Under the pieces are notes generated by a model. That model did not search any database and was not told the DNA's origin. It saw nothing but the letters and a program-made list of their open reading frames with translations. The translations under genes and the position numbers were made by a program. A stretch of 63,670 nucleotides of DNA, the filler included, from Octopus bimaculoides (lineage: Eukaryota): NCBI RefSeq assembly GCF_001194135.2. It is 5 parts of 4 records of this genome, joined end to end, with 100 filler letters (N's around TTAATTAATTAA, not from the genome) between each part and the next. Parts side by side here need not be neighbours in the genome. Positions count along the whole stretch, not along the records: positions 1 to 12,067 come from NC_068982.1; positions 12,168 to 31,181 come from NC_068982.1; 3 more parts are not named here. The stretch is one strand, 5' to 3'. Positions 1-12,937 of this stretch are shown piece by piece. Position 1 is the first letter of the stretch, and each line of letters begins with the position of its first letter.

Positions 1-3
1 TAC

Positions 4-51
<48 letters not shown>

Positions 52-72
52 ATATATATATATATATATATT
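1..72. repeat. (TA)n/(TG)n compound microsatellite, representative of dozens across the window
   Basis: Directly visible dinucleotide runs. Similar tracts at about 4230, 4610, 9240, 16190, 17330, 25900, 26350, 33100, 39100-39900, 46050, 60940, 62690. Confidence 0.98.
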
Positions 73-687
73 AATATATGTAGTAGCATGTAGTAATAAA
101 TAATTGTCTCTGCGCGTTGCTAGAGACAGTGTAAAATTATTTTATGTGGTGATAAACTTTATGTTGGATGCAATAAATTACAAATGAGTGACGTTTTTGA
201 AAGAATATATATGTGTATTATCAACCTAATAATGCATATTTGGAAAATATTGTTCTAAACAATTCGTGTTTACAAGATGAGTCTAAGTCTTATTGTCAGC
301 CGAATTGTTTTATATTATAATAAAAATAATCTTACATGAAACTGAAGTACCTTTAGTAGAGTACAAATTTATTATTCTTCCATATCAAAATCATCAAAGG
401 TCCTTCCCAAGTCCAGTTTCGGGGATTCTATGGTGTATATATTCTCTCCTCTGCCCCTAGAAGGATTACTTGATTTTTGACAGTCTAGAGTAGTAGCTCT
501 TGACCTTTTTACTACCACGCCTCCCCTAGGAATTTGTCTTCTTCACGCTCCTCTTGGATCCATGAATAAATTTCCCTCCCAGATTTTATATAAAATCTAA
601 AATATGTTTTTATTCTTTTTAATTAAATATGAATTAGTCACATTATACAAAATATGTATAATTTTATATATAATCACATTATACAAT

Positions 688-1578
688 AAGTGAGATACTT
701 GGCACTGCTTCTTAGCTATAAGATCTTGAATGCGTGGTTGAAAGCCAGAGAATGCACAACGTAAGTCCCTTTCAACGTTCAGCCTGTTTCTGTACTTGGT
801 CTTGACAGCAACGAGCGTGGAAAATGCAGCTTCACAAAGATACGTGCATCCAAACATAGTTAAAATCCGAAGAGCCTGATGTGAGATGAGAGGGTAAACT
901 AGAAAGTACTTGATCCAAAACATTTCAAGATCCAGTTCTTTGAAGTCTTCCTTAGCTGGTGAGTTAAACTTCAGCTCAAGAAACTTTTGCACTTCATCCA
1001 AAACATCAGTCACTTCACACTGAAATAGGTTCCTGATGAATTTCCAAGTTTCACGCTTTTCCTCTATATCTGGGAAGAATCTGATGAATTCTGTTTTCAG
1101 GTCAGTTAGATGAGTGATAATTTGTTTCTTTAACTCAGAATCAAGGTTACCGTGAATGAGAGTAGAATCCAAATAACTAAAACTGGTTGTATTTTCCTTT
1201 TGAATTCGACATTTCCAGATGTCGAGTTTGGCCATGAAGGTTCGAATGGTGTTGAGGTGTGTGAGAATGTTGATGTTTTCCCCTTGTAGCTTAAGGTCGA
1301 GAGCATTCAACGCTTCGATGGTATCCACCAGGTAAGCAAGAGATAGCTGAAAGCTTTTAGACTGGAACTTGTCATGGAGATCTACCTTCTGCTGCAAATC
1401 TAGAAATATTGCTACTTCTCGAAGTTCATAAAGCCGTCTAAGCATGTTCCTCTTGGATAGCCGTCATAAGTTCGTGTAAAAAAGCAATGCTTCATGTTCA
1501 GATTCCATATCTTTACACAACAGTTCGAAAAGACGACTGTTTAAGGCTCTACTTTTAACAAAGTTGATAACCTTGATA
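688..1578 (-). pseudogene. hAT (Buster/Charlie, FAM200/ZBED-like) transposase, C-terminal part, decayed
   Basis: Minus strand reads IKVINFVKSRALNSRLFELLCKDMESEHEALLFYTNL*RLSKRNMLRRLYELRE (degenerate RWLS motif, with a stop) then ...FGCTYLCEAAFSTLVAVKTKYRNRLNVERDLR...QCQVSH (hAT dimerisation domain). The 5' part is missing. Confidence 0.92.
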
Positions 1579-1680
1579 GGCTCGAAACGTAAAAGACTTT
1601 TTCACTTCCCGAGCGTTAAAGTCATACATCTGTGTGTTGTTTACACACACGTCTTTGTCTTTTGTTTTTTCTAAATTCTC
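1578..1680 (+). mobile_element. Short dispersed repeat starting AGGCTCGAAACGT; second copy at about 55335-55440; possibly a Penelope-like terminal region
   Basis: AGGCTCGAAACGTAAAAGACTTTTTCACTTCCCGAGCGTTAAA aligns with AGGCTCGAAACGTCAAAGACTTTTCCATTTTTCCCGAGCGTCAAA. Family assignment is inference. Confidence 0.5.
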
Positions 1681-2764
1681 ACTATATATATATATATAGC
1701 ATATATATATACATATATATATATATANNNNNNNNNNNNNNNNNNNNNNNNNNNNNNNNNNNNNNNNNNNNNNNNNNNNNNNNNNNNNNNNNNNNNNNNN
1801 NNNNNNNNNNNNNNNNNNNNNNNNNNNNNNNNNNNNNNNNNNNNNNNNNNNNNNNNNNNNNNNNNNNNNNNNNNNNNNNNNNNNNNNNNNNNNNNNNNNN
1901 NNNNNNNNNNNNNNNNNNNNNNNNNNNNNNNNNNNNNNNNNNNNNNNNNNNNNNNNNNNNNNNNNNNNNNNNNNNNNNNNNNNNNNNNNNNNNNNNNNNN
2001 NNNNNNNNNNNNNNNNNNNNNNNNNNNNNNNNNNNNNNNNNNNNNNNNNNNNNNNNNNNNNNNNNNNNNNNNNNNNNNNNNNNNNNNNNNNNNNNNNNNN
2101 NNNNNNNNNNNNNNNNNNNNNNNNNNNNNNNNNNNNNNNNNNNNNNNNNNNNNNNNNNNNNNNNNNNNNNNNNNNNNNNNNNNNNNNNNNNNNNNNNNNN
2201 NNNNNNNNNNNNNNNNNNNNNAATATACATAATCATAAACATACAATTGTCTACGCACGCGCACAAACTGGCACAATATCTGCCATTTATGGTTGGAAAA
2301 TTAGCTTACCACCTGGAAAATAAAGTATATTATTCCTGGTATCATGTGATTAATATAAAATTCTTCGTAAATATATGCTTTTGCTTATATATTTTTCATG
2401 TATATTATTTTCCCGTATAATTTATCATTTTTTCCCCTATATTTTCTTTCTGGGAGTTAAATAAGTTTTTTACAGATTAAAAATATATGAGCCGACAGCA
2501 GACTTATCGATTGTAAAATATTTTAGTTTTTCATTTTCTATATATATTTATTCTGCATTTTTTTTTTTTGCTTTTCACGAAACTAGTGTGTCATTGTTTT
2601 TTCTCACTTTCAAGACTCAGTCAGTCCTTTTTTTTAATTTTCTCTCTCTCTTTCTCTTTTTCTTTCTATTTTTTGTTCATTTCTTACCTTATTTTTATAT
2701 TTTCTCTTTAAGTTCTTCCTGTTTACATTTATCCATTCCTTATTGATTTGTTTTTGATACTTCA

Positions 2765-2807
2765 ATAAATGATGATGATGCCCATGATGGCAGTGGCGGT
2801 GGTAGTG

Positions 2808-2849
<42 letters not shown>

Positions 2850-3020
2850 TTGGTGGTGGTGATGGTGATGGTGGTGGTGGTAGTGGTGGTGGTGGTGGTG
2901 GTGGTGCAGCGGTGATGATAATGATGATGACGTGGGGGAGGAGGTGGGGGAGATCGAGGATGGGGGCAGGACGTGGATGTTGATGGTAATGATGATGATG
3001 ATGATAATGATGATGATGAC
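2765..3020. repeat. Trinucleotide low-complexity tract (GAT/GTG/TAG)
   Basis: Visible runs; they explain the poly-T, poly-H and poly-P ORFs. Confidence 0.95.
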
Positions 3021-3884
3021 TCAGCGAAGAGTGATATGTTAACGGCGAATACAAGACAGATGTTGACCACAGTAGCCATAATGATTTTGAGTTAGATTAT
3101 TCCGTATAGTTTGACACTTGGCCATGCTGGAGCTATCGAAGAGTATTCTACTCCATTCTACTCGAACTTGGACATAGGAGAGAGAAAGTTGAATTAGCAT
3201 ATTTGAAGGGTATCACAACCACAGAATCGGACATATCGAAAACCGAGGTAGTCGGCACTTAGTAGAACAGTTGTCAGGTGATAACTTGAACATCTATTGA
3301 TCAGGAAACGTTGATAATTTGCAATATAGTTCCTGGAGAGCTAATTCCATGCTGAACAGTGTTGTCTACCACTATACCGGGTATGTTATCTGTACCTTTG
3401 TAACAATTAGTATATTTAGGATCTGATTTGGTGCAGATCACAAGGTGCACTGAAATGGCAAGTTGTTACAAGCAAGGTGGCCTGTGTCACTCAGAAATGA
3501 GCTGAGAGGAGGTTATACCTGAAGGAGTGGGATTATATGACTAACCTTTACGTCACTTTATTCTCTATTATCGTCTGACTGTGGAGCATTATTGCAGGAG
3601 AAATCTCACTAAATAAAAGTGTATGATATTTGGATTCTTGTGGAAAGGACAGATTGCATTGATCAGATTTGGTGATAACAAGTATAGTGTAAATCGTCGC
3701 TTTTGATGGACTTTCAGCTCTGGTACCATGAATAATTTCCAAAAGGAGTTTGCATCATAGTGTCACAGTGAGGCACGGCCTTTGAGGATAAAATCTACTA
3801 ATGTAACCGTATTGGGGTCACCACTTACTGACCCTGGTCAAGATGTACGTAGGGAGACAAAGCAGTCACTTATTGCTAATTTGT

Positions 3885-4227
3885 AGGGTAGCGCGTCGGT
3901 CAAAAATGTTCAGCGGCGTTTCTTCCGACCCTTCGTGAGTTCGATTCTCGGACGGTCTTGTGTCGTGTTCTTGAGCAAGACACTATATTTCACGTTGCTC
4001 CAGTTCACCCAGATGTAGAAATGAGTTGCAACGTCACTGGTGCCAAGCTGTATCGCCTTTTGCCTTTCCCCTGGATAACATCGGTGGCGTAGAGAGGGGC
4101 AGCTGGTATGCATAGACGACTGCTGGTCTTCCATAATACAACGTTGTCTAGATTTTTGCCTCAGAGGATAACTTCCTAGGTGCAATCCCATGGTTATTCA
4201 TGACCGAAGGTGGTCTTTGCCCTTTAC

Positions 4228-4230
<3 letters not shown>
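3885..4230 (+). mobile_element. tRNA-derived CORE-type SINE (OR1-like)
   Basis: B-box-like GAGTTCGATTCTC, CORE-like TTGAGCAAGACACT...CAGATGTAGAAATG, then a tail ending in (TA)n. Family name is from recall. Confidence 0.7.
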
Positions 4231-4289
<59 letters not shown>

Positions 4290-4607
4290 GCACACACATA
4301 AATATATGTATGTGTGGGTGGATGTGTATGTGTGCGTATTTCTTATATGTATATATGTGTGTGGTGTCGGTATATTTATACATACATACATGCATACATA
4401 CATACATACACATGCGCATTTTTCTGTTCATATATTAATGTGAGTGTGCATAAGCCAATTCTGTACTGAACTCCATCGTTAAGTAAACTACGGCTGAACA
4501 GTAAATACATGCTAACGTAATGAAACTAATGAAAATGACCAAAATTTCACTCTCTGTCCAAATATCCTTTTTTATGAATTATATTTACACAAAACTCTAC
4601 TGAAATA

Positions 4608-4659
<52 letters not shown>

Positions 4660-5898
4660 TGATCAACATCCTGTGAACAGAATTACGGGTGCAGTATCCG
4701 TACAGAACCACGCTATGTATATATTGTTGACGTCATTAGAAGGCCTGTCATGTTTGCAAGAGATGTGGGTTTCAGTCCCATGTGCAGCTTTTGACACCTA
4801 TTTTACAGCCATAGGAATTTTTAAGCCAATATTCTACACGCTATCATTTATATCATTATGTACATCCAGTCGAGTTGCTAAAAATAATTTATTCATGTAC
4901 ACATACACACACGTATATATGTATGTATACAGAAAAAGATATATTTATACATGCACACACACATATATATATATATGCATATATATATGTGTGTGTGTAT
5001 GGAGAGAGAGAGAGGGGGGAAAGGGAAAGCGGGAGAGATAAATACATATATAGCTCTCTCTTTTTCTCTTTATATATATATTGCTCGGGACTAAAACGGC
5101 ATAGTTTGTATATATATANNNNNNNNNNNNNNNNNNNNNNNNNNNNNNNNNNNNNNNNNNNNNNNNNNNNNNNNNNNNNNNNNNNNNNNNNNNNNNNNNN
5201 NNNNNNNNNNNNNNNNNNNNNNNNNNNNNNNNNNNNNNNNNNNNNNNNNNNNNNNNNNNNNNNNNNNNNNNNNNNNNNNNNNNNNNNNNNNNNNNNNNNN
5301 NNNNNNNNNNNNNNNNNNNNNNNNNNNNNNNNNNNNNNNNNNNNNNNNNNNNNNNNNNNNNNNNNNNNNNNNNNNNNNNNNNNNNNNNNNNNNNNNNNNN
5401 NNNNNNNNNNNNNNNNNNNNNNNNNNNNNNNNNNNNNNNNNNNNNNNNNNNNNNNNNNNNNNNNNNNNNNNNNNNNNNNNNNNNNNNNNNNNNNNNNNNN
5501 NNNNNNNNNNNNNNNNNNNNNNNNNNNNNNNNNNNNNNNNNNNNNNNNNNNNNNNNNNNNNNNNNNNNNNNNNNNNNNNNNNNNNNNNNNNNNNNNNNNN
5601 NNNNNNNNNNNNNNNNNNNNNNNNNNNNNNNNNNNNNNNNNNNNNNNNNNNNNNNNNNNNNNNNNNNNNNNNNNNNNNNNNNNNNNNNNNNNNNNNNNNN
5701 NNNNNNNNNNNNNNNNNNNNNNNNNNNNNNNNNNNNNNNNNNNNNNNNTAAGCCAATATTCTACACGCTATCATTTATATCATTATGTACATCCAGTCGA
5801 GTTGCTAAAAATAATTTATTCATGTACACATACACACACGTATATATGTATGTATACAGAAAAAGATATATTTATACATGCACACACACATATATATA

Positions 5899-6107
5899 TA
5901 TAATTGTTAAACAGGACAGCAAACATTTCAAGTCGTATACAATATTATTATAGGAAGAAATTCAAAATCTTACAGCTGTTTCTGTGATATCCCCGAGAAT
6001 GATATCCTAGAAACAGCTGTAATATTTTGAATTTCTTCCTATAATACTGAATACGACTTGAAATGTTTGCCCAGCCTTAATGTTTACTGTCCTATTTAAC
6101 AGTTATA
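5899..6107. mobile_element. Foldback/palindromic MITE-like element
   Basis: Arms 5899-5983 and 6009-6107 are reverse complements apart from a few substitutions and a 17-bp indel; TA flanks. Confidence 0.85.
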
Positions 6108-6248
6108 TATCCGCTGCATCGGAAATCTGCAATGGCTCCATAACTACCGTCTCGGCTATAACCTTGGAGCGCCCCAGTAATCCGTTACAGCATTTACCTT
6201 GCAGTTTACCTAACCGTTTGGATCACCTGTGAATAAAATCCCCATACT

Positions 6249-6282
<34 letters not shown>

Positions 6283-6284
<2 letters not shown>

Positions 6285-6880
6285 CTGCTTGCCCCTTGTG
6301 GTCTCCCCATACAAAACAAGACATCTTAAGGATTGAATCACCCCAGAGGGCATTCACTAACCGGATTTAAGGCATGACTGATCTTGATTACTGGGACCGC
6401 CTCAAAGCCTTGAAGCTCTACTCTCTCCAGCGCCGCTGGAAATATACCGCCAGCATTGCCTAAATATACCGCCAGCATTGCCTAAACGACCTAAATATTA
6501 GTTTCAAGGTTTATCCAAGGCCGGGACCATGGGCCATACGTCCCCTGCCCAATTCAGGATCACAACATATAGGTACACTGCGGCATAATTTCTTTCCCTC
6601 AACAGGCCATGCCCTGTTTAACATTGTCTCGAAACAGATAAAAGAGGAAAAGAATCCTATCAGCTTTAAACGGAGTCTAGACAGATTTCTTCAAGGAATA
6701 CCAGACAAGCCACTCATACCTGGATACAACCCACTCAATAAGAACTCACTACTTGAATGGACCATAGACCAAACTTGACTGTAAGAAGGATTTAGATAAT
6801 CCTATCTGGTGGTGCTATTAAGTTAGACATGGCCTGGACCAATCTTTGGTCGAAACATATCTAAGTTTATCTAAGTTTAT
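6283..6880 (+). mobile_element. 5'-truncated CR1/L2-group LINE, 3' end of ORF2 plus tail
   Basis: CPLWSPHTKQDILRIESPQRAFTNRI*GMTDLDYWDRLKALKLYSLQRRW...FKRSLDRFLQGIPDKPLIPGYNPLNKNSLLEW*. 3' stem-loop GACCA-ATCTT-TGGTC and terminal repeat (ATCTAAGTTT)2. A 22-bp internal duplication sits near 6440-6485. Confidence 0.88.
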
Positions 6881-7483
6881 ATATACCAACATATATACAC
6901 ATTTATAAATTAAATGTGTGTGCATGTGTGTGTGTTTCTATGTCTATGTTTATGTGTGCGTATGTGTGTGTGTGCATGCGTATGGGTGTGCGTGTATGTG
7001 TGTGTAGGAAAGTTGCAAGCCGCTGCATTGTATATAATAAATTTGTGTAAAGTCATATTTGGCATGTTTAAGCACATTCTAACGTGAGAAAGCTTCTGCC
7101 GTAGAAATAGACACGGTAGAAACTTCACCTCCTTGACAACCTGTGTGAAATATGAGAGAAAGTTTCCAAGACGTTCAAGTGAAGGATTAAAAAGGTGCTT
7201 AAAGAATACTAAGTGTAATTAATGCCATCGAATTAATAAATACGTGGGTTCATGCTAATGTTGAGATTAGATTGTTGCTTTTTTGTTGTTGTTGTTTGAT
7301 ACTTTTGTATTTGTTTAAAATGAATAAAGACAGGATTACCGTATTAGAATTTTTTTTTTTTTACCACGAATATATGAACGTCTGTCTCCTTATCTGATGC
7401 AGGAAAAAAGTTTGTCTTTAGACATTTTAAACATTTACACACTTATTTTGGCAAATCATCACTTCTAAAATTTCACGTTGTGT

Positions 7484-7700
7484 AAGGCGGAGAGCTGGTA
7501 GAATTGTTAGCACGCGGGGCAAAATGCTTAGTGGCGCGTTGTCCGTCTTTACGCTCTGAGTTCAAATTCTGCCGAGGTCGACTTTGCCTTTCATCCTTTC
7601 GGGATCGATAAAATAAGTACCAGTTGATCACTGGGGTCGACTTAATCGACTTACCCTTTCCCTGGAACTTCTGACCTTGTACCAAAAATTTGAAACCAAT
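7484..7700 (+). mobile_element. tRNA-derived SINE, Meta-domain-like (type B)
   Basis: B box GAGTTCAAATTC and central GACTTTGCCTTTCATCCTTTCGGGATCGATAAAATAAGTACCAG, repeated more than 10 times in the window. Confidence 0.85.
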
Positions 7701-8069
7701 AGCCCTCACTTTCTCATAAATGCTAGGAAGAGGTGCACACTACAATAGTGGTAACATTAATATAAACACGAATCTAGTTTTTTTTTAAAACGGAAAAGTA
7801 AACATTGAAATGGAAAACAAAAAGAAAACAAGAATCGAAAGCTTTGGGATCATTTAGTTCATTAGAGAAATGTAACAACACTATCAATAATAGCAACGTT
7901 CCATCATTTGCTAGCATTGTAGGACAGATGAATCGAACTGAGCCAAATCAAGAAAAGGAGAACGAATGAACAAAGTATGTTACAAAAGATAGTATCATGT
8001 TGCCCGTTGAATTTATTCATGAAAGAACTTAAAAGGAAATGATGGCTTTTTGCGCTTAGGAAAACGGAA

Positions 8070-8441
8070 GGAAAAGTTTGAAACGGTCCTGACAGACTTA
8101 CGGTTGGATGTGCATTCCATCGAGTCGAACAGGACATATGGAAGTTTCTGTCTCATTTAAAAGACTGATGACAAAATAAGGAGACAGGTAGAACTGAAGA
8201 TTCGCATGCTTGCTCACACATTGGTGTCACGGTACGTGACTGTTTGGAACGCTTGATAATAACAGACGAGAATAATATTGAAGATGAGCTAGACAACATA
8301 GCCGAAGTAAATTTAACCCAAAATATTGGAAGGCCAGTTAATAGAATTAGAAAATCCTGGTATTTGCACAGTACAAAATATTTAGTTGAGAACTTTATTG
8401 TGTATAATGTTTTACCAAACAATCTTACGAAGTCATTTTAA
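8070..8441 (+). pseudogene. Mutator/MULE transposase remnant
   Basis: Frameshifted pieces ETVLTD / VGCAFHRVEQDIWKFL (MULE CxxH motif) / KIRRQVELKIRMLA / QNIGRPVNRIRK...IVYNVLPNNL, in the order expected for invertebrate MULEs. Confidence 0.55.
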
Positions 8442-8656
8442 TTTATTTTCTTTCTGATCGTCGCTATTTCCGCTATAATCCAGTCAAGTACCCGTCAACT
8501 ATTTGCATTCAAAGTACAGTTAAAGTACAGTCACGTGCCACTCAAATATATAATCGTGTCCTCCCCTCTCCCTATAAACACCCCAACAAATTCATAGTAA
8601 TATCTCTATGTTAATTATTATTAGTGCAATTAAGTTTTTAATATATGTAAATATTG

Positions 8657-8880
8657 AAGGCGGCGGGGTAGCAGAATCATTAGCACTCTGAACAAAAGGC
8701 TTAACAGCATTTCGCCCGTCTTTACGTTCTGAGTTCAAACTCCGCCGAGGTCGACTTTGCCCTTTAATCTTTCCGGGTCGATAAAATAAGTACCAGTTAA
8801 GTACAGTTAAATACATGTAATTGACTCAACTTCTCCCGCGAAATTGCTGGTCTTGTGCGAACATTGGAAATCAATATATG
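8657..8880 (+). mobile_element. Meta-domain-like SINE (type B)
   Basis: Same head, B box and central domain as 7484-7700. Confidence 0.85.
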
Positions 8881-9246
8881 CAAAAGCTAACAACGAAGTG
8901 ACAACTATAGAACAACACGTGAGATATTCTGCAAATGAAATGTAACGGTTTCATAGAAAAATTAATCAAAAGCAAAAGTATTATACACAGGAAGAAGAAA
9001 CTAAACACCGAAATGTATCAAATATAATGCAGAATATGTATGAATCAACACACGCTCGTGAACCCACACACACATATACTACAATATATATATTGCAATC
9101 TGCCTGTATATATGTGTATATATATATATAAAATTATGTATACATATATAAGCTTATGTCTGTGTATACGTCTATGTTTATATGTATGTGATACAGATAT
9201 ACATATATGCTCATATACATTTATATGTATACATATATAAATAAGC

Positions 9247-9316
<70 letters not shown>

Positions 9317-10984
9317 ATATACGCTCACACATTTGCACGTATAGCTCTGTCTTGCAAATACATCTCAGCAAGCAGATTGACATGCGTGTTTTAAGAATTA
9401 TGCTTAATTTTCGACCTTCCAAATGACAAAACCTGTAAAAGCAAAAGACTGCCAGAGAGGAAACTTAACTCGTAAAAGAGGATGTGAGAAAGCATCTGCT
9501 TTATATAACTAACGTGCGGCAGAAGGATATTAATGACAAAACAGCAAATCTCATCTGAAGCAACAGGGGCTATTTTATGGCCGGATAAACACGGCCTTTG
9601 AATACAAAATACCTCTCTCAACGTGGGAGTACCCCATGGCGGGACGATCTTTTATGCTCATGTGATATCTCACGACATTCTATGTTAGAACTTTCGAATT
9701 TTAAGCATCAAGCAGGTGTTATATATAAGACGAGTTGATTCGTAGAATTATATAAGTGCAAGATTGTTAAGAAGATGAATTATTATGTTAGCACAATCAA
9801 AATTTATACGCTCTGCATAAATGTTAATAAGGTCAGTTTCTACATACATACATAAATACATACATACAGATATATATATATATATTACTAATATATATAT
9901 ATATGCATATATACATACGTATATGTACATAATTACATCTATAGGTATATACATATGTATATATATATATATATATATNNNNNNNNNNNNNNNNNNNNNN
10001 NNNNNNNNNNNNNNNNNNNNNNNNNNNNNNNNNNNNNNNNNNNNNNNNNNNNNNNNNNNNNNNNNNNNNNNNNNNNNNNNNNNNNNNNNNNNNNNNNNNN
10101 NNNNNNNNNNNNNNNNNNNNNNNNNNNNNNNNNNNNNNNNNNNNNNNNNNNNNNNNNNNNNNNNNNNNNNNNNNNNNNNNNNNNNNNNNNNNNNNNNNNN
10201 NNNNNNNNNNNNNNNNNNNNNNNNNNNNNNNNNNNNNNNNNNNNNNNNNNNNNNNNNNNNNNNNNNNNNNNNNNNNNNNNNNNNNNNNNNNNNNNNNNNN
10301 NNNNNNNNNNNNNNNNNNNNNNNNNNNNNNNNNNNNNNNNNNNNNNNNNNNNNNNNNNNNNNNNNNNNNNNNNNNNNNNNNNNNNNNNNNNNNNNNNNNN
10401 NNNNNNNNNNNNNNNNNNNNNNNNNNNNNNNNNNNNNNNNNNNNNNNNNNNNNNNNNNNNNNNNNNNNNNNNNNNNNNNNNNNNNNNNNNNNNNNNNNNN
10501 NNNNNNNNNNNNNNNNNNNNNNNNNNNNNNNNNNNNNNNNNNNNNNNNNNNNNNNNNNNNNNNNNNNNNNNNNNNNNNNNNNNNNNNNNNNNNNNNNNNN
10601 NNNNNNNNNNNNNNNCGAATTTTAAGCATCAAGCAGGTGTTATATATAAGACGAGTTGATTCGTAGAATTATATAAGTGCAAGATTGTTAAGAAGATGAA
10701 TTATTATGTTAGCACAATCAAAATTTATACGCTCTGCATAAATGTTAATAAGGTCAGTTTCTACATACATACATAAATACATACATACAGATATATATAT
10801 ATATATTACTAATATATATATATATGCATATATACATACATATATATGTACATACTACCATCTATACCTATATATGCATATGCAAATGTGGGCACAGTAC
10901 GTCACAGACTTGTACAACAAAAAGTACGAAGCACGAGTAGATTGAACATGAACTATTCTTTCCAACAACGAAAGGCACAAATGG

Positions 10985-11445
10985 AACACAAAACAAACAA
11001 CATAAAGATCGACCCTTCATCAGTTGTTGGCTGTTTTTTCTAGTCTCGTATTTCGAGCAATTAACAACAATATATGCTTTGGATAAAACAGTTGCTCGCG
11101 CAAATAGGAAAGTGAAAAGAAGCAGGAAGGGCTGCTAAGCCTAAACGAGGTTGTGGTGGCGAACGCGTAAATCGAGCTAGTAGTACAGGAGAAAACAAGA
11201 ACACGTCTTCCGTGTTCCAGCTACAACGGAGACACCAGAAAGAAAGATGTCTGATGGTCACGTAAGAGCCACGTAAGCAAGGGAGGAGGAGTGAAGGAGA
11301 GAGAGTGACAGAGTAATAGGATAGAATAGTGGGAGAAGAGGAGATCAAAGAATAAGAAAGAGAAAAAGAGAGAGAACGAAAGATTAAAAAGATCGTATAG
11401 AGTACGCATCAGAGTTATTAAGGTAAAAGTTATCTTATTTTCAAT
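10985..11445 (-). mobile_element. Dispersed repeat family with a second copy at about 20255-20650; Penelope-like terminal region suspected
   Basis: Shared blocks CCCTTCATCAGTTGT...TTTCGAGC...AAAACAGT(T/C)GCTC and GCATCAGA(G/A)TTATTAAGGTAAAA occur in both copies, in permuted order. Confidence 0.55.
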
Positions 11446-11795
11446 TTGAACCTAAAGGCAAAATTAACAGAGATCACAAAAGTGACGGAGCGTATTGAAC
11501 AGACCCGCTATTGCTAGAAACAAGAGTGTCAAAACAACTAAAAACCCACAAAGCACTGTACTTAATGACTGACAAAGGGAGATAATTCCCCAGCGTACAT
11601 AGTCGGATCGAACAATTTCGGATTTTGATGCATAACTTCTTAAGGGCAGCAAAAGAAAGAAAGAGACTTCGATATTATGTAAATAGAGGAATTTATCTGT
11701 AAAAGTATGTGACACTTATTCGGTAGCCATGATAAGACTCCGAGTTTCGGATGCCGGGTTGGGAGCCCACGCCAACATCTCTATGCATATATATG

Positions 11796-11826
<31 letters not shown>

Positions 11827-12111
11827 GTGTATATATATATGCATATATGTATATATTTCACTCTCACATATATATATATATATNNNNNNNNNNATATATG
11901 TATATATTTCACTCTCACATATATATATATATATATTTGTATATGTACGCATGTATATATGTGTGTGTGCATGTTTCTGTGTAAATATGTGTCTATGTTT
12001 GTGTGCACATATGTATCTAAATATGTGTGTTTGTGTCTTTGTGTATATATATATATATATATATATANNNNNNNNNNNNNNNNNNNNNNNNNNNNNNNNN
12101 NNNNNNNNNNN

Positions 12112-12123
12112 TTAATTAATTAA
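12112..12123. other. Artificial scaffolding linker TTAATTAATTAA in a 100-bp gap (also 31226-31237, 40737-40748, 59779-59790)
   Basis: Four identical N44-TTAATTAATTAA-N44 blocks; the linker gives stop codons in all six frames. Confidence 0.95.
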
Positions 12124-12176
12124 NNNNNNNNNNNNNNNNNNNNNNNNNNNNNNNNNNNNNNNNNNNNGGAAAAAAC

Positions 12177-12199
<23 letters not shown>

Positions 12200-12208
<9 letters not shown>

Positions 12209-12362
12209 TAGACGGGTTTCTTTCAGTTTCCGTCTACCAAATCCACTCACAAAGGCTTTGGTCAGCCCGAGGCGATAGTAAAAGACACCCAATGTGCCAC
12301 GCAATAGGACTGAACCCAGGACCATGTGGTTGACAAACAAATTTCTTACAACATAGCATAAC
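12200..12362 (-). mobile_element. OK/Ceph-like SINE (type A), 5' half
   Basis: Reverse complement of head and central domain (CTTTCAGTTTCCGTCTACCAAATCCACTCACAA). Confidence 0.85.
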
Positions 12363-12688
12363 GCAGGTTAAGTCTAGCTGGCAATACTTACATTCAAAAT
12401 CTTTCCAGCTGTGACCCTTCCTATCATTTTCGGACTGGTCTTTCAATTTAGCTGCTATTTCTAGCACAAATAATTTTAGTATTCCACGCTAGCATTTTTC
12501 TATCTCTGATACGTTCCCTGTAGTTTTTTAGGGGGGGGGGGTTATAATGTTGGTGTTGACATGATTGTTTTTCTTGTACTTATTGTAGCTGTTGTTGATA
12601 GCATTTTTGTTGCTGTTTAACCCCGAGTTAAACGTGATCAAACAGACCTCCGATTATTTCAGCTGTGGCTATTTTGTCCTTTTTAGAG

Positions 12689-12897
12689 CAGTGGTTCTCA
12701 ACCGGGGTCAACATGGCCCTTGGCGTTCGCATAATATTTTGTTATTAAAATTTATATGCAAAGCTTGCTTCCCAACCACATGGTTCCGTGTTCAGTCTCA
12801 CTGCGTGGCACCTTGGGTAGGTGTCTTTTACTATAACCTCGGGCCGACCAAAGCCTTGTGAGTGAATTTGGAAGACAGAAACTGAAAGAAGCCCGTC

Positions 12898-12937
<40 letters not shown>

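Noticed and set aside
2740-3079. His/Pro/Thr-rich ORFs, and the YI/HT/CV/RE/LS dipeptide ORFs throughout
   Set aside because: Translations of tri- and dinucleotide microsatellites or of N runs.
3240-3450. Possible LINE RT remnant on minus (KGTDNIPGIVV...YQRFLINRC)
   Set aside because: Only a weak resemblance needing several frameshifts; cannot be supported without a search.
4822-5900. About 150-bp direct duplication (4822-4970 and 5750-5900) around an N gap
   Set aside because: Near-identical sequence on both sides of a gap is typical of unmerged contig overlap.
6830-6860. GACCA-ATCTT-TGGTC-GAAACATATC, resembling a hammerhead stem II plus GAAAC
   Set aside because: No CUGANGA upstream; better explained as the 3' stem-loop of the CR1/L2-group LINE.
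9696-10850. About 240-bp direct duplication (9696-9940 and 10616-10850) around an N gap
   Set aside because: Same overlap or haplotype artefact pattern; 11830-11935 is a smaller example.
12068-12167. Recurrent palindromic TTAATTAATTAA islands
   Set aside because: Synthetic six-frame-stop linker in fixed 100-bp gaps; adjacency across these gaps is not guaranteed.
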